A stretch of DNA of 64,000 nt. It comes from Eledone cirrhosa. Lineage: Eukaryota. The position numbers and the translations under genes are program-made. Shown here piece after piece: positions 44,215-59,846 of the stretch. Positions within the stretch are counted from its first letter, which is position 1. Every line of letters begins with the position of its first letter. The notes under the pieces are model-generated. The model was not told the origin of the DNA. It was given only the letters and a program-made list of their open reading frames with translations, and did not search any database. The stretch spans positions 930,001 through 994,000 of the forward strand of contig OZ024746.1 of NCBI GenBank assembly GCA_964016885.1, read 5' to 3'.

Positions 44215-44342
44215 TCCTTACACAAGTTTCAAGAGAGTTTGACATCAAATTATTTGAATAATGTTAGGTGAAAATTTGGATAATCAATATCTATACACAC
44301 AAAATGATATAGAGATATTTGCACTTCTCCATCTTCGGAGGA
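44215..44342 (-). ncRNA. Hammerhead ribozyme candidate (U4C) with ~101-nt branched stem II
   Basis: Minus: TCCT-CCGAAGA-tGGAGA...TCTCTt-GAAAC-ttgt-GT-A-AGGA; internal hairpins in the insert. Confidence 0.6.
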
Positions 44343-44636
44343 TTAAAAAAATGTATTAAGTTGAAGCAGAATATATCCAAAATTTAATTCCCACCTTACA
44401 CAGGATGGGGACATCTATTTTTTTTTAGACCAATATAATATAAACACATTGAGGTAATTCTGAAACTACTTGACAATTATATACTGCCATATATAATTCT
44501 CTACATACGTTTGAGCTTTATATATATATATGATATATATATAAATCAAGAAGGTTCAGTCAAAACTGGTTTGACCATTACTCAACAGAGTACTCAATAC
44601 ATGGGGTAGTAGAGTATGGTTATATTATGAGTCTGG

Positions 44637-44677
<41 letters not shown>

Positions 44678-44694
44678 ATTTATATATATATAAA

Positions 44695-45635
44695 TTCTGG
44701 CTATGGAAACAGCAGTTGGAAGCAAGAGGACTGAGAGTGAGCCTAGCTAAGACAAAAGTGTTGATGAGTAGAAAAGAGGACAAAACTCTGATTCCGTCAG
44801 GGAAATGGCCATGTTCGATATGCAGAAAAGGAACTGGCATAAATTCTATAAAATACACACAATGCAGATCCTGGGTACACAAGAGATGTAGCGGGATAGC
44901 AGGCAAACTAACAAGTAGGGAGAAATACGTATGCAGTGGATGTACAGGGAAATTAGACAGTAGAAGTCGCATTGATAGACACATTTTTCAAATGCAGGCG
45001 GGTGCTATAGAAGTGGTGGATAACTTCTGGTACCTAGGAGATCAGATTAGCATGGGAGGAGGGTGTTCCGAGGCCATAGTATCTAGAATAAGGACGGGTT
45101 GGAAGAAGTTTAGGGAGCTGCTTCCTCTGCTGACGAAGAAGGGTTTCTCCCTGCGTATGAAAGGCCGGTTGTATGATGCCTGTGTGAGGAGCGCAATGTT
45201 GCATGGTAGTGAGACATGGGCAGCAACTGCAGAGGATATGCGACGGCTGGAGAGAAATGAGGCAAGCATGCTCCGTAAATGCAGTGTAAATGTGCGTGAA
45301 TGACCCAGCTTAAATGTGTTGAGAGAGAAACTGTGTCTGAGAGGGATAGAATGTAGTGTATGGGAGAGGAGACTGAGGTGGTATAGACATGTGATGCGCA
45401 TGGAGGATCAACGATGGGTGAAGAAGTGCCAGGAAATGCCAGTTGAAGGAAGACGTGGTAGAGGTAGACCACGAAAAACATGGGCGGAGGTGGTGAGAAC
45501 AGACCTCAGATCATTGAAGCTCACGGTGGAGATGACGAAGGACCGTGATGAGTGGAGAGATGCTATGCTGAATAAGACCGATCCCATACTTGCAAGCAGG
45601 GAAAAGTGGACGTAAAATGATGATGATGATGATGA
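44695..45635 (+). mobile_element. RTE LINE 3' part (second subfamily), frameshifted
   Basis: GLRVSLAKTKVL, Cys-rich finger, FWYLGD, LHGSETW, GRGRPRKTW; (GAT)n tail. Confidence 0.9.
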
Positions 45636-46849
45636 TAGAACAAAGCTTATTGAATAGAATGGGCACAGCTTTGGTTGTCTCCTCACTCAATAATCTAATT
45701 AAATCTGTATTATTAAAATTCGAACCTAACTGATTAGAGAGTACACTTATACATTAATCAGTGAGGAAGATGTCTTTGTGTGGGTAGTAAATTTATATAC
45801 GTTTGTGTTTTTCCATGTTGGTATTTATGTTCACTGTTTATGTCCATTATTAACCAGGATAATGTCGTATATTTTATACAAACACAGAATATCATTTCTA
45901 CAACTATGAATTGTGAAAGAAATTCATTCTTTCTTTTAAATTTTACCAATATAATCGTTATCTAGACCCTAGCAAATGTATCCCTGTAAAATATGCTTTA
46001 TTAAGAAAGTCATGGGGAAACAAATTTGAGAAGCCACTGATAGACATGCCAGTAACACAAGGTCACTTGGGATCACTCACACAAGTTTTGTGGGAGTATA
46101 ACGATTGAATTATTTCTTCTTCTTCTTCTTCTTCTTCTTCTTCTATGTTGTCAAGCCATCTTGCTCATGGTCTACCCCTGGGGCTCCCACCATTTGGTTT
46201 TGCCAGGTCTGATATAAAAATGGTTAAACATGTGTTTGAAATATAACTGATCAATACTTTAAAATAAACATCTTTTATATCACAAGCATCTGATGTGTTT
46301 TAAGGCTGTTTGGTATCAGAATGGTTAATGTGAGAGCTTTTAATTTGGTAAGTTAATAGTTAAAACCTCGGTATCGACATTGAATAAGATGTAAAGATAT
46401 TATCTTACGTTGATTGTCAGACTTGTTATCCCAAGTGTAATCTGAAGTATAGAAAACTTTCTCATCAATCAGTTAACAGGAGACTTTTGTGATAAGTCTT
46501 CTTACGAATTTGAATAATGTTTAAAGATCTGATAGCATTCACACAGCTATTCAACATAAATATAGGAAATAATAATTTTTAGCGTTTATCAGATTTTTTA
46601 TGTTAATAATTATTACATATATATGTGTGTGTATATATATAGAGAGAGAGAGAGATGAGTTGATAACACAACCATACAAAGGCAAAGAATATTTCAAAGC
46701 TCAAATCTGATTTTATAGTCCACAGCAAGATAGGTAAAAGACAGTTCAGAGTTTAATCTAATCGGAAAACTTTCAATCACAGAACATATATAAAATAATG
46801 AAGATTAAATTACATTAAATTAATTGATTGATTTACAAATGTTTCTATC

Positions 46850-47880
46850 AATAGTATCTAGAATAAGGACAGGCTGGAAGAAGTTTAGGGAGCTGCTTCC
46901 TCTGTTGACAAAGAAGGGTTTCTCCCTACGCACGAAAGGACGGTTATATGATGCCTGTGTGAGATGCGCGATGCTGCATGGTAGTGAGACATGGGCAGCA
47001 ACTGCAGAGGATATGCGACGCTGGAGAGAAATGAAGCAAGCATGCTCCGTTGGATGTGCAATGTTAATGTACGTGAAAGACCGAGCATAAACGAGTTGAG
47101 AGAGAAACTGTGTATAAGAGGGATAAGTTGTGGTGTGCTGGAGAGAAGACTGAGATGGTATAGACATATGAAAAAGTGGATGTAAAATGATGATGATGAT
47201 GATGATATATATATATCATCATCATCATCATCATTTTACGTCCGCTTTTCTCTGCTTGCAAGGGTGGGATGGGTCCTATTCAGCACAGCATCTCTCCACT
47301 AGTCACAGTCCTTCGTCACCTCCGTGAGTTTCAGCAATCTGAAGTCTGCTCTCACCACCTCCGCCCATGTTTTTCATGGTCTTCCTCTACTGCATCTTCC
47401 TTCTACTGGGATTTCTTGGCACTTCTTTACCCAGGGATCATCCTCCATGCGCATCATATGTCCATACCATCTCAGTCTTCTCTCCTGCACACCACAATTT
47501 ATCCCTTATCTAAGTCTCAAATCCTTATTAATATCTCTGAAATCATCATCATCATCATCATCATCATCACCGTTTTACGTCCGTTCTTCCACGCTAGCAT
47601 GGGTTAGACGGGTTGTCCTGTTGTGTGCAGTGTCTGGTCGGCTGACCATGCCTTGCTCATACAGGAACTGATCTGGCTTGATTTCTACAGCTGGATGCCC
47701 TTCCTAACACCAACCTCATTTACAGTGAGTGCTGGGTGCTTTTTCGTGGCGCCTACACGTCCACTTTACAGTGTGGGCTGGGTGCTTTTTTGCCGTGGCA
47801 CCTCCACGACCACCTTGCGGTGGGAGGTGTGGGGGCATATTGTTTATATGCTTCAGCATGTACCCATGGGAGGTCGGGAC
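46850..47880. mobile_element. RTE fragments: 46850-47205 (+), 47216-47510 (-), 47542-47880 (-)
   Basis: Homology to 44695-45635 and 57279-57710. Confidence 0.85.
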
Positions 47881-48181
47881 TTCAAATGTATCTGAAAATA
47901 ATTATGTTAATTCTGTTTGATGCTTTATAAATGGATAAACCTCAGTTAGAAATAATTACCCATTACAAGATTAGAAACTAAATTTGACAGAGTTGCTGGA
48001 GCAGACAAATGCAGCATTTATTCTAGCTTTTTATGTTCTTAGTTCAAATACTGAAAAGGTTGGCTTTGCCTTTCGGAGTCAATACAATAAAGTACCAGCA
48101 ATACACTAGAGGTCAGTATAATCAACTTTCCCTTCTCCCAAAATTGTTGGATTTCTGCCTAAATCAGAAACCATTATTAGA

Positions 48182-48375
48182 GGGCGGTGAATTGGCAGTA
48201 TCGGTAGAGGGTTGGACGCCATGCTTTCTAGCATAGTTACGTCCCTTTACAGTCTGAGTTCAAATCCCGCCGAGGTTAACTTTGCCTTTCATCTTTACGG
48301 GGTCGATAAAATAAAGTACCAGTAATCTACTGGGCAATTGCTGGCCTTGTGCCTAAATCAGAAACCATTATTAGT
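48182..48375 (+). mobile_element. tRNA-derived SINE with conserved central domain (MetaSINE-like)
   Basis: GGCGGTGAATTGGCAG...GAGTTCAAATCCC; tttgcctttcatc...ggggtcgataaaataaagtaccag; partial tandem copy at ~48050-48180. Confidence 0.75.
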
Positions 48376-48784
48376 TAGTGGTTCTGTAGTGGAATCAATT
48401 GATTCCAGTTTCTCAAAACCAAGTTAATTCCTGCGCCTTAAACCATTCTGTTAGTCTTCACAAACTAATTTATTGTAAATTTCTGATAGTTATCATAAAT
48501 TCCTGTCATTTGGTTAAAAATAATTAATTCTTTCTACAACTGGAACTATTATTTAATTATATCTGCTTACTACTTCAAATTCTTGTCATTTTCGCTAAAA
48601 TTACTGATAATTCTTGCTACAATTATAAGTAATTGATAATTATAGATATATCCCTAACATTGAAACCATCATCATCATCATCAATATCACCATCATCCTT
48701 ATCATCATCATCACCATCATCATCATCACTATCATCATCATTGTCATCATTTTACATCAATTCATTCATACATACACACACACA

Positions 48785-51700
48785 ACAACTGAACTATTTA
48801 CACACAACAACTGAACTATATACACACAACAACTGATCTATATACACATACAACAGCTGAACTATATCCACACACAACAACAGAACTATATACACACAAC
48901 AACAGAACTATATACACACAACAACAGAACTATATACACACACAACAACAGAACTATATACACACAACAACAGAACTATATACACACACAACAACAGAAC
49001 TATATACACACAACAACTGAAGTATATACACACAACAACTGAACTATATACACACAACAACTGAACTATATACACACAACAACTGAACTATATACACACA
49101 CAACAACTGAACTATATACACACAACAACAGAAATATATACACACACAACAACTGAACTATATACACAACAACTGAACTATATACACACAACAACTGAAG
49201 TATATACAAACAACAACTGAACTATATACACACAAAACAACTGAACTATATACACACAACAACTGAACTATATACGCACACAACAACTGAACTATACACA
49301 CATCAACTGAAATATATACACACACAACAACTGAACTATATACACACAACAACAGAACTATATACACACACAACAACAGAACTATATACACACACAACAA
49401 CTGAACTATACACACAACAACAGAACTATATACACACACAACAACTGAACTATATACACACAACAACAGAACTATATACACACACAACAACTGAAGTATA
49501 TACACACAACAACTGAACTATATACACACACAACAACTGAACTATACACACAACAACTGAACTATATACACACACATCAACTGAACTATATACACACACA
49601 ACAACTGAACTATATACACACAACGACTGAACTATACGCACAACAACTGAACTATATACACACAACAACTGAACTATATACACACACAACAACTGAACTA
49701 TATACACACACAACAACTGAACTATATACACACATCAACTGAACTATATACACACACAACAACTGAAGTATATACACACACAACAACTGAACTATATACA
49801 CACACAACAACTGAAGTATATACACATCAACTGAACTATATACACACACAACAACTGAAGTATATATACACACAACAACTGAACTATATACACACATCAA
49901 CTGAACTATATACACACACAACAACTGAACTATATACACATATCAACTGAACTATATACACACACAACAACTGAACTATATATACACACAACAACTGAAG
50001 TATATATACACACAACAACTGAACTATATACACACATCAACTGAACTATATACACACATCAACTGAACTATATACACACACAACAACTGAACTATATATA
50101 CACACATCAACTGAACTATATACACACAACAACTGAACTATATACACACATCAACTGAACTATATACACACATCAACTGAACTATATACAGACACAACAA
50201 CTGAGCTATATACACACACAACAACTGAACTATATACACACATCAACTGAACTATATACACACACAACAACTGAACTATATACACACATCAACTGAACTA
50301 TATACACACACAACAACTGAACAAATATATACACATAACAACTGAACTATATACACACATCAACTGAACTATATACACACAAAACAACTGAACTATATAC
50401 ACACACAACAACTGAAGTATATACACACACAACAACTGAACTATATACACACATCAACTGAACTATATACACACACAACAACTGAAGTATATACACACAC
50501 AACTGAACTATATATACACACATCAACTGAACTATATACACACACAACAACTAAACTATATACACACACAACAACTGAACTATTTACACACATCAACTGA
50601 ACTATATACACACACAACAACTGAACTATATACACACATCAACTGAACTATATTCACACACATCAACTGAACTATATACACACACAACAACTGAACTATA
50701 TACACACATCAACTGAACTATATACACACATCGACTGAACTATATACAAACAACAACTGAACTATATACACACATCAACTGAACTATATACACACATCAA
50801 CTGAACTATATACAGACACAACAACTGAACTATATACACACACAACAACTGAAGTATATACACACATCAACTGAACTATATACACACACAACAACTGAAC
50901 TATATATACACACAACAACTGAAGTATATATACACACAACAACTGAACTATATACACACATCAACTGAACTATATACACACATCAACTGAACTATATACA
51001 CACATCAACTGAACTATATACTGACACAACAACTGAACTATATACACACACAACAACTGAACTATATACACACATCAACTGAACTATATTCACACACAAC
51101 AACTGAAGTATATACACACATCAACTGAACTATATACACATACAACAACTGAACTATATACGCACACAATAACTGAACTATATACACACATCAACTGAAC
51201 TATATACACACATCAACTGAACTATATACACACACAACAACTGAAGTATATACACATACAACAACTGAACTATATACACACACAACAACTGAACTATATA
51301 CACACATCAACTGAACTATATACACACACAACAACTGAAGTATATACACACACAACAACTAAACTATATACACACACAACAACTGAACTATATACACACA
51401 CAACAACTGAACTATATACACACAACAACTGAACTATATACACACATCAACTGAACTATATACACACACAACAACTGAAGTATATACACACATCAACTGA
51501 ACTATATACACATACAACAACTGAACTATATACGCACACAACAACTGAACTATATACACACATCAACTGAACTATATACACACATCAACTGAACTATATA
51601 CACACACAACAACTGAAGTATATACACACACAACAACTGAACTATATACACACATCAACTGAACTATATACACACACAACAACTGAAGTATATACACACA

Positions 51701-54700
51701 CAACAACTGAACTATATACACACACAACAACTGAACTATATACACACACAACAACTGAAGTATATACGCACATCAACTGAACTATATACACACATCAACT
51801 GAACTATATACACACACAACAACTGAACTATATATACACACAACAACTGAAGTATATATACACACAACAACTGAACTATATACACACATCAACTGAACTA
51901 TATACACACACAACAACTGAACTATATACACACATCAACTGAACTATATACACACACAACAACTGAACTATATATACACACATCAACTGAACTATATACA
52001 CACAGCAACTGAACTATATACACACATCAACTGAACTATATACACACATCAACTGAACTATATACTGACACAACAACTGAACTATATACACACACAACAA
52101 CTGAACTATATACACACATCAACTGAACTATATACACACACAACAACTGAACTATATACACACATCAACTGAACTATATACACACACAACAACTGAACTA
52201 TATATACACACATCAACTGAACTATATACACACAACAACTGAACTATATACACACATCAACTGAACTATATACACACATCAACTGAACTATATACTGACA
52301 CAACAACTGAACTATATACACACACAACAACTGAACTATATACACACATCAACTGAACTATATACACACACAACAACTGAACTATATACACACATCAACT
52401 GAACTATATTCACACACAACAACTGAACTATATACACACACAACAACTGAAGTATATACACACACAACAACTGAACTATATACACACATCAACTGAACTA
52501 TATACACACAACAACTGAAGTATATACACACACAACAACTGAACTATATACACACACAACAACTGAAGTATATACGCACATCAACTGAACTATATACACA
52601 CATCAACTGAACTATATACACACACAACAACTGAAGTATATACACACACAACAACTGAACTATATACACACACAACAACTGAACTATTTACACACATCAA
52701 CTGAACTATATACACACACAACAACTGAAGTATATACACACACAACAACTGAACTATATACACACACAACAACTGAACTATATACACACACAACAACTGA
52801 AGTATATACGCACATCAACTGAACTATATACACACATCAACTGAACTATATACACACACAACAACTGAACTATATATACACACAACAACTGAAGTATATA
52901 TACACACAACAACTGAACTATATACACACATCAACTGAACTATATACACACATCAACTGAACTATATACACACACAACAACTGAACTATATACACACATC
53001 AACTGAACTATATACACACACAACAACTGAACTATATATACACACATCAACTGAACTATATACACACAACAACTGAACTATATACACACATCAACTGAAC
53101 TATATACACACATCAACTGAACTATATACACACAACAACTGAACTATATACACACATCAACTGAACTATATACACACACAACAACTGAACTATATACACA
53201 CATCAACTGAACTATATACACACACAACAACTGAACTATATACACACATCAACTGAACTATATACACACACAACAACTGAACAATATATACACACAACAA
53301 CTGAACTATATACACACATCAACTGAACTATATACACACATAACAACTGAACTATATACACACATCAACTGAACTATATACACACACAACAACTGAACTA
53401 TATACACACATCAACTGAACTATATACACACACAACAACTGAACTATATATACACACAACAACTGAAGTATATATGCACATCAACTGAACTATATACACA
53501 CATCAACTGAACTATATACACACACAACAACTAAACTATATACACACACAACAACTGAACTATTTACACAAATCAACTGAACTATATACACACACAACAA
53601 CTGAACTATATACACACATCAACTGAACTATATTCACACACAACAACTGAACTATATACACACACAACAACTGAACTATATATACACACATCAACTGAAC
53701 TATATACACACAACAACTTAACTATATACACACACAACAACTGAAGTATATACACACATCAACTGAACTATATACACACATCAATTGAACTATATACACA
53801 CACAACAACTGAAGTATATACACACATCAACTGAACTATATACACATACAACAACTGAACTATATACGCACACAATAACTGAACTATATACACACATCAT
53901 CTGAACTATATACACACATCAACTGAACTATATACACACACAACAACTGAAGTATATACACACACAACAACTGAACTATATACACACATCAACTGAACTA
54001 TATACACACACAACAACTGAAGTATATACACACACAACAACTGAACTATATACACACACAACAACTGAAGTATATACGCACATCAACTGAACTATATACA
54101 CACATCAGCTGAACTATATACACACACAACAACTGAAGTATATACACACACAACAACTGAACTATATACACACACAACAACTGAACTATTTACACACATC
54201 AACTGAACTATATACACACACAACAACTGAACTATATACACACATCAACTGAACTATATTCACACACAACAACTGAACTATATACACACATCAACTGAAC
54301 TATATACACACATCAACTGAACTATATACACACATCAACTGAACTATACACACACAACAACTGAACTATACACACACAACAACTGAACTATATACACACA
54401 CAACAACTGAACTATATACACACATCAACTGAACTATATACACACAACAACTGAACTATACACACACAACAACTGAACTATATACACACACAACAACTGA
54501 ACTATATACACACACAACAACTGAACTATATACACACATTAACTGAACTATATACACACACAACAACTGAAGTATATACGCACAACAACTGAACTATATA
54601 CACACATGAACTGAACTATATACACACACAACAACTGAAGTATATACACACATCAACTGAACTATATATACACACAACAACTGAAGTATATACACACATC

Positions 54701-56286
54701 AACTGAACTATATACACACACAACAACTGAAGTATATACACACACAACAACTGAACTATATACACACATCAACTGAACTCTATACACACACAACAACTGA
54801 AGTATATACACACACAACAACTAAACTATATACACACACAACAACTGAACTATATACACACACAACAACTGAACTATATACACACATCAACTGAACTATA
54901 TACACACACAACAACTGAAGTATATACACACATCAACTGAACTATATACACATACAACAACTGAACTATATACGCACACAACAACTGAACTATATACACA
55001 CATCAACTGAACTATATACACACATCAACTGAACTATATACACACACAACAACTGAAGTATATACACACACAACAACTGAACTATATACACACACAACAA
55101 CTGAAGTATATACGCACATCAACTGAACTATATACACACATCAACTGAACTATATACACACACAACAACTGAAGTATATACACACACAACAACTGAACTA
55201 TATACACACACAACAACTGAAGTATATACACACATCAACTGAACTATATACACACACAACAACTGAACTATATACACACACTTCAACTGAACTATATACA
55301 CACATCAACTGAACTATATACACACATCAACTGAACTATATACACACACATCAACTGAAGTATATACACACAACAACTGAACTATATACACACATCAACT
55401 GAACTATATACACACATCAACTGAACTATATACACACATCAACTGAACTATATACACACACACCAACTGAACTATATACACACACAACAACTGAAGTATA
55501 TACACACACAACAACTGAACTATATACACACACAACAACTGAAGTATATACGCACATCAACTGAACTATATACACACATCAACTGAACTATATACACACA
55601 CAACAACTGAAGTATATACACACACAACAACTGAACTATATACACACACAACAACTGAACCATATACACACATCAACTGAACTATATACACACACAACAA
55701 CTGAACTATATACACACATCAACTGAACTATATACACACATCAACTGAACTATATACACACATCAACTGAACTATATACACACACATCAACTGAAGTATA
55801 TACACACAACAACTGAACTATATACACACACAACAACTGAACTATATACGCACACAACAACTGAAGTATATACACACATCAACTGAACTATATACACACA
55901 ACAACTGAACTATATACACACAACAACTGAACTATATACACACATCAACTGAACTATATACACACATCAACTGAACTATATACACACACATCAACTGAAG
56001 TATATACACACAACAACTGAACTATATACACACACAACAACTGAACTATATACGCACACAACAACTGAACTATATACACACATCAACTGAACTATATACA
56101 CACAACAACTGAACTATATACACACATCAACTGAACTATATACACACATCAACTGAACTATATACACACACATCAACTGAAGTATATACACACAACAACT
56201 GAACTATATACACACACAACAACTGAACTATATACGCACACAACAACTGAAGTATATACACACATCAACTGAACTATATACACACG
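48785..56286. repeat. 7.5-kb satellite, 21-25-bp unit AACTGAACTATATACACACA(CA)(AC/TC)
   Basis: Roughly 320-330 units estimated from length; recurring variants (GAAGTA, TACGCA, CTAAAC, TATTTA, TACTGA). Confidence 0.98.
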
Positions 56287-56373
56287 TACAAGTTTATATT
56301 CCTATTCATTTGTGGTGGAAATCTGAAAACTATGAAAATATTTTATTGCTGTTTTGTAACTTCAATAACTTCT

Positions 56374-56957
56374 TTAACCCTATTGAAACTGAATCCCTGA
56401 CACTGTGCAGTGTTCTGGTACAAAATTGTTTATTTTAAAGTGTTTAGATTTATCTAGGTACCTTCCATAACAATTTTATTTAAGAACCTTTGTTAACTTA
56501 TACTCCAAACATCAGCTTAACCCTTTAGTTACCAACCCAGCCCAAACCAGCTCTGGTTCTATGAAATAAAACCTCCCATTTTAACCCTTTAGTTACCAAC
56601 CCAGCCAAAACCAGTTCTGGTTCTATAAAATAAAACCTCCCATTTTAACCCTTTAGTTACCAACCCAGCCAAAACCAGTTCTGGTTCTATGAAATAAAAC
56701 GACCCATTTTAAAGGATTCCAATTTCAATTAAAATCTTCCAACATAATTTATATAAGAACCTTACATTAAATTACTATCTTAGTAGTGAAATAATAAATA
56801 ATTTTAGTAAATCCCTCAAAATTCTTCATTAGAAATGTGGTCATCAAAGGGTTAAGAATGAGAAAGTTATTATATTTGTAAATCCCTCCAAATTTTTGAT
56901 TATTTTCAAAATGATAAGCCATGTTTTTCATTAGAAATATGGTAATTAAAGGGTTAA
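56374..56957. mobile_element. Nested piggyBac-like MITEs (TTAA|CCC...GGG|TTAA)
   Basis: Outer 56374-56957; inner 56517-56855 flanked by TTAA; left end CCCTTTAGTTACCA vs reverse complement of right end CCCTTTAATTACCA; internal homology between inner and outer copies. Confidence 0.7.
56517..56710. repeat. 64-bp tandem repeat x3 of the MITE left end
   Basis: TTAACCCTTTAGTTACCAACCCAGCC... three times. Confidence 0.9.
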
Positions 56958-58012
56958 TGACATAGACAGTGTCTTACATTTTAAATATGGTAATGAAAGG
57001 GTTAATGACATAGACAGTGTCTTTCATTAGAAATATGGTAATGAAAGGGTTAATGACATAGACAGTGTCTTTTATTAGAAATATGGTAATGAAAGGGTTA
57101 ATGACATAGGCAGTGTCTTTCATTAGAAATATGGTAATGAAAGGGTTAATGATATAGGTAGTGTCTTTCATTAGAAATATGGTAATGAACGGGTTAAAGA
57201 CATAGACAGTGTCTTTCATTAGAAATATGGTAATGAAAGGGTTAATGACATAGACAGTGTCTTTTATTAGAAATATGGAAGACCTGGGATGAGGTGATAA
57301 AAGGCGACCTTACCCAATTACACCTCTCAAAGGCGATGACACACGACCGTGACCTCTGGCGCCACACAGTAATACAGAGTACCCGACCTCCCATGGGTAC
57401 AAGCTGAAGCATATAGACAATATGCCCCCACACCCTCCCACTTCAAGGTGGTCGTGGAGGTGCCACGGCAAAAAAGCACCCAGCCCACACAGTAAAGTGG
57501 ACGTGTAGGCGCCACGGAAAAAGCACCCAGCACTCACTGTAAATGAGGTTGGTGTTAGGAAGGGCATCCAGCTCTAGAAATCAAGCCAAAATCAGTTCCT
57601 GTATGAGCAAGGCATGGTCAGCCGACCAGACACTGCCCACAACAGGACAACCCGTCTAACCCATGCTAGCATGGAAGAACGGACGTAAAACGGTGATGAT
57701 GATGATGATGGTAATGAAAGGGTTAATGACATAGACAGTGTCTTTCATTAGAAATATGGTAATGAAAGGGTTAATGATATAGGTAGTGTCTTTCATTAGA
57801 AATAGGGTAATGAAAGGGTTAATGATATAGACAGTGTCTTTCATTAGAAATATGGTAATGAAAGGGTTAATGACATAGGCAGTGTCTTTCATTAGAAATA
57901 TGGTAATGAAAGGGTTAATGATATAGACAGTGTGTTTCATTAGAAATATGGTAATGAAATGGTTAAGGACATAGACTGTCTTTCATTAGAAATATGTTAA
58001 TGAAAGGATTAA
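56925..58012. repeat. 48-bp minisatellite containing the MITE right end, interrupted by an RTE fragment
   Basis: CATTAGAAATATGGTAATGAAAGGGTTAATGACATAGACAGTGTCTTT, ~14 copies. Confidence 0.93.
57279..57710 (+). mobile_element. RTE 3' end inserted in the minisatellite
   Basis: Starts at GAAGACCTGGGATGAGGTG (KTWDEV); UTR homologous to 47542-47880; (GAT)n tail. Confidence 0.88.
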
Positions 58013-59399
58013 TATGGCTCCACTAAAATATTTTCTATTAACACTGTTATTTGTCAAACAAGAATAACATGAAATACATTTGATGTTATTAACCTTATTC
58101 CTTTCACATTATATATATTGCTATCCTGCTACCCTAGTAAATAGCTGCTACAATACGTAGATATCTGGTGCATTGCTTTCGTTAAACAATTCCAGCAATA
58201 TTAGCAGGAAATGAAATAAGATAACTATATTACAGCAGCCAGTGTGTCAGTGAGGTTTAATGTGATCAGCTCTGAATCTCTGAAACTAAGTTACAAACAC
58301 ACATATGGCTAGTGATATTATGACTGGTCACTTGCATCTCACAGAAAAATCACTCACTTCTCTTTGTCTTTAGAGAAAAGCAGCATTCTGCCAATTGTTA
58401 TCACTGCAGATAATCTTCATAACTGACTCAGCAGAAATAGTTTAGCAGTCCGGACAGAGGATTGTTTTTATGACCAACACATAAACATTCAATTTAGACT
58501 TTGATGAAAACAATTTTGTGCTACCCTTCCATCATCTACTACCACCTGAGTTTTCAACCAATACTGGTCACTTTATGTAGCAAATGACCTTAACTCTATG
58601 AAGATGTCTATCTTTTTCTGGCATCAATTGATTTCCAAAGAGTACATGAAGCCCAAATAGATTGTTTTGGGTGTTTATGGCAAGGAGATAAACTCACTAT
58701 CTGTCCTGACAAATACTAACCATGTTGATGGATCACAGAAAAATTCGTCATGCAAATGGAAGCAGTGAATGTGAAGAACTGCAGATACTAATAAAAGCCA
58801 GAATTAATAGCTTTAGGATTAAGGTATCTCTGAATAAATGGTCAATAAAGAGAACAAACTAAATATGCTATGGCTTTGGTTATGTTATACTTTTAGCTTA
58901 TCATACATCTCTCTGTGAGAGTGCTATAAAAGCAAATTCTAGCTGGCAAGAGATGGAAATGTCAGCAGAGCTACTGAATGTAAAGTTAGGTTCTAAATTT
59001 GAATCTTTAGGATAGTTCAGGATTAGCTCAGCAATTTGGAATCCCTAGTGTCATGTTTGTTTTCCATAAAGGTTGTTAGGAATTCTCCTCTGTGGCAGCA
59101 CTGGAATGAAAACTATATTTCTGTCTACTGCTCCCCACTGAACATAACTTAGATAATTATTTGTAGCTAAGATAGCACTGTACATATATTACTGTATGAG
59201 ATATCAATATAGTTATATTGATGGATAATATATATTAATGTGTGATATCAATATTGATGGACAATATATATTACTGTATTAAATGTCAATAAAGCCGTGA
59301 TGGACATCAAGAAAGATATTCAATAGAAAGAGTTGACTTGTGAAAATATAACTTAGAAATATAAATATTAAGTTTCCTCTAAGTCTAACGTCTGTCTCA

Positions 59400-59785
59400 A
59401 GGCAGGAGGTTCGTTAGGCCGGTGATTATCCCAGTTTTGTGGTGTCAAGCAACTGAGAGTACAAGAGCCCCTCTCCCCTGGACAGGATGCCAATCCATCA
59501 AAAGGTTATGTTAAGTCTATGTATAATGTTAAGTCGCATTTTTTAAAAACCTGGCAGAGAACATCTCCCAAGGTCTGAATACAGCAGATTTCTTCCAGAG
59601 AAGGAAACAGAGAGAGTGAGAGAAAGGAAGTGAGAAAAACCCCAGTACTTGACTGGTACTTTTTTTATCGACCTTGAATGGATGAAAGGCAAACTTGACC
59701 TTATCGGGATTTAAACTGAGAGAACTGAAATGAATACCACAAGACATTCTGATGTTCTAACGACTCTGCCAATTGGCGGCTTTTA
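59400..59785 (-). mobile_element. SINE fragments
   Basis: Reverse complement of the SINE central domain and 5' GCCGCCAATTGGCAGAG head. Confidence 0.65.
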
Positions 59786-59846
59786 AAAGAATATATTGAG
59801 GAATAATTAGTTGTAAGAGCTCCAGTAAGTTTATGAAAATATCTAT

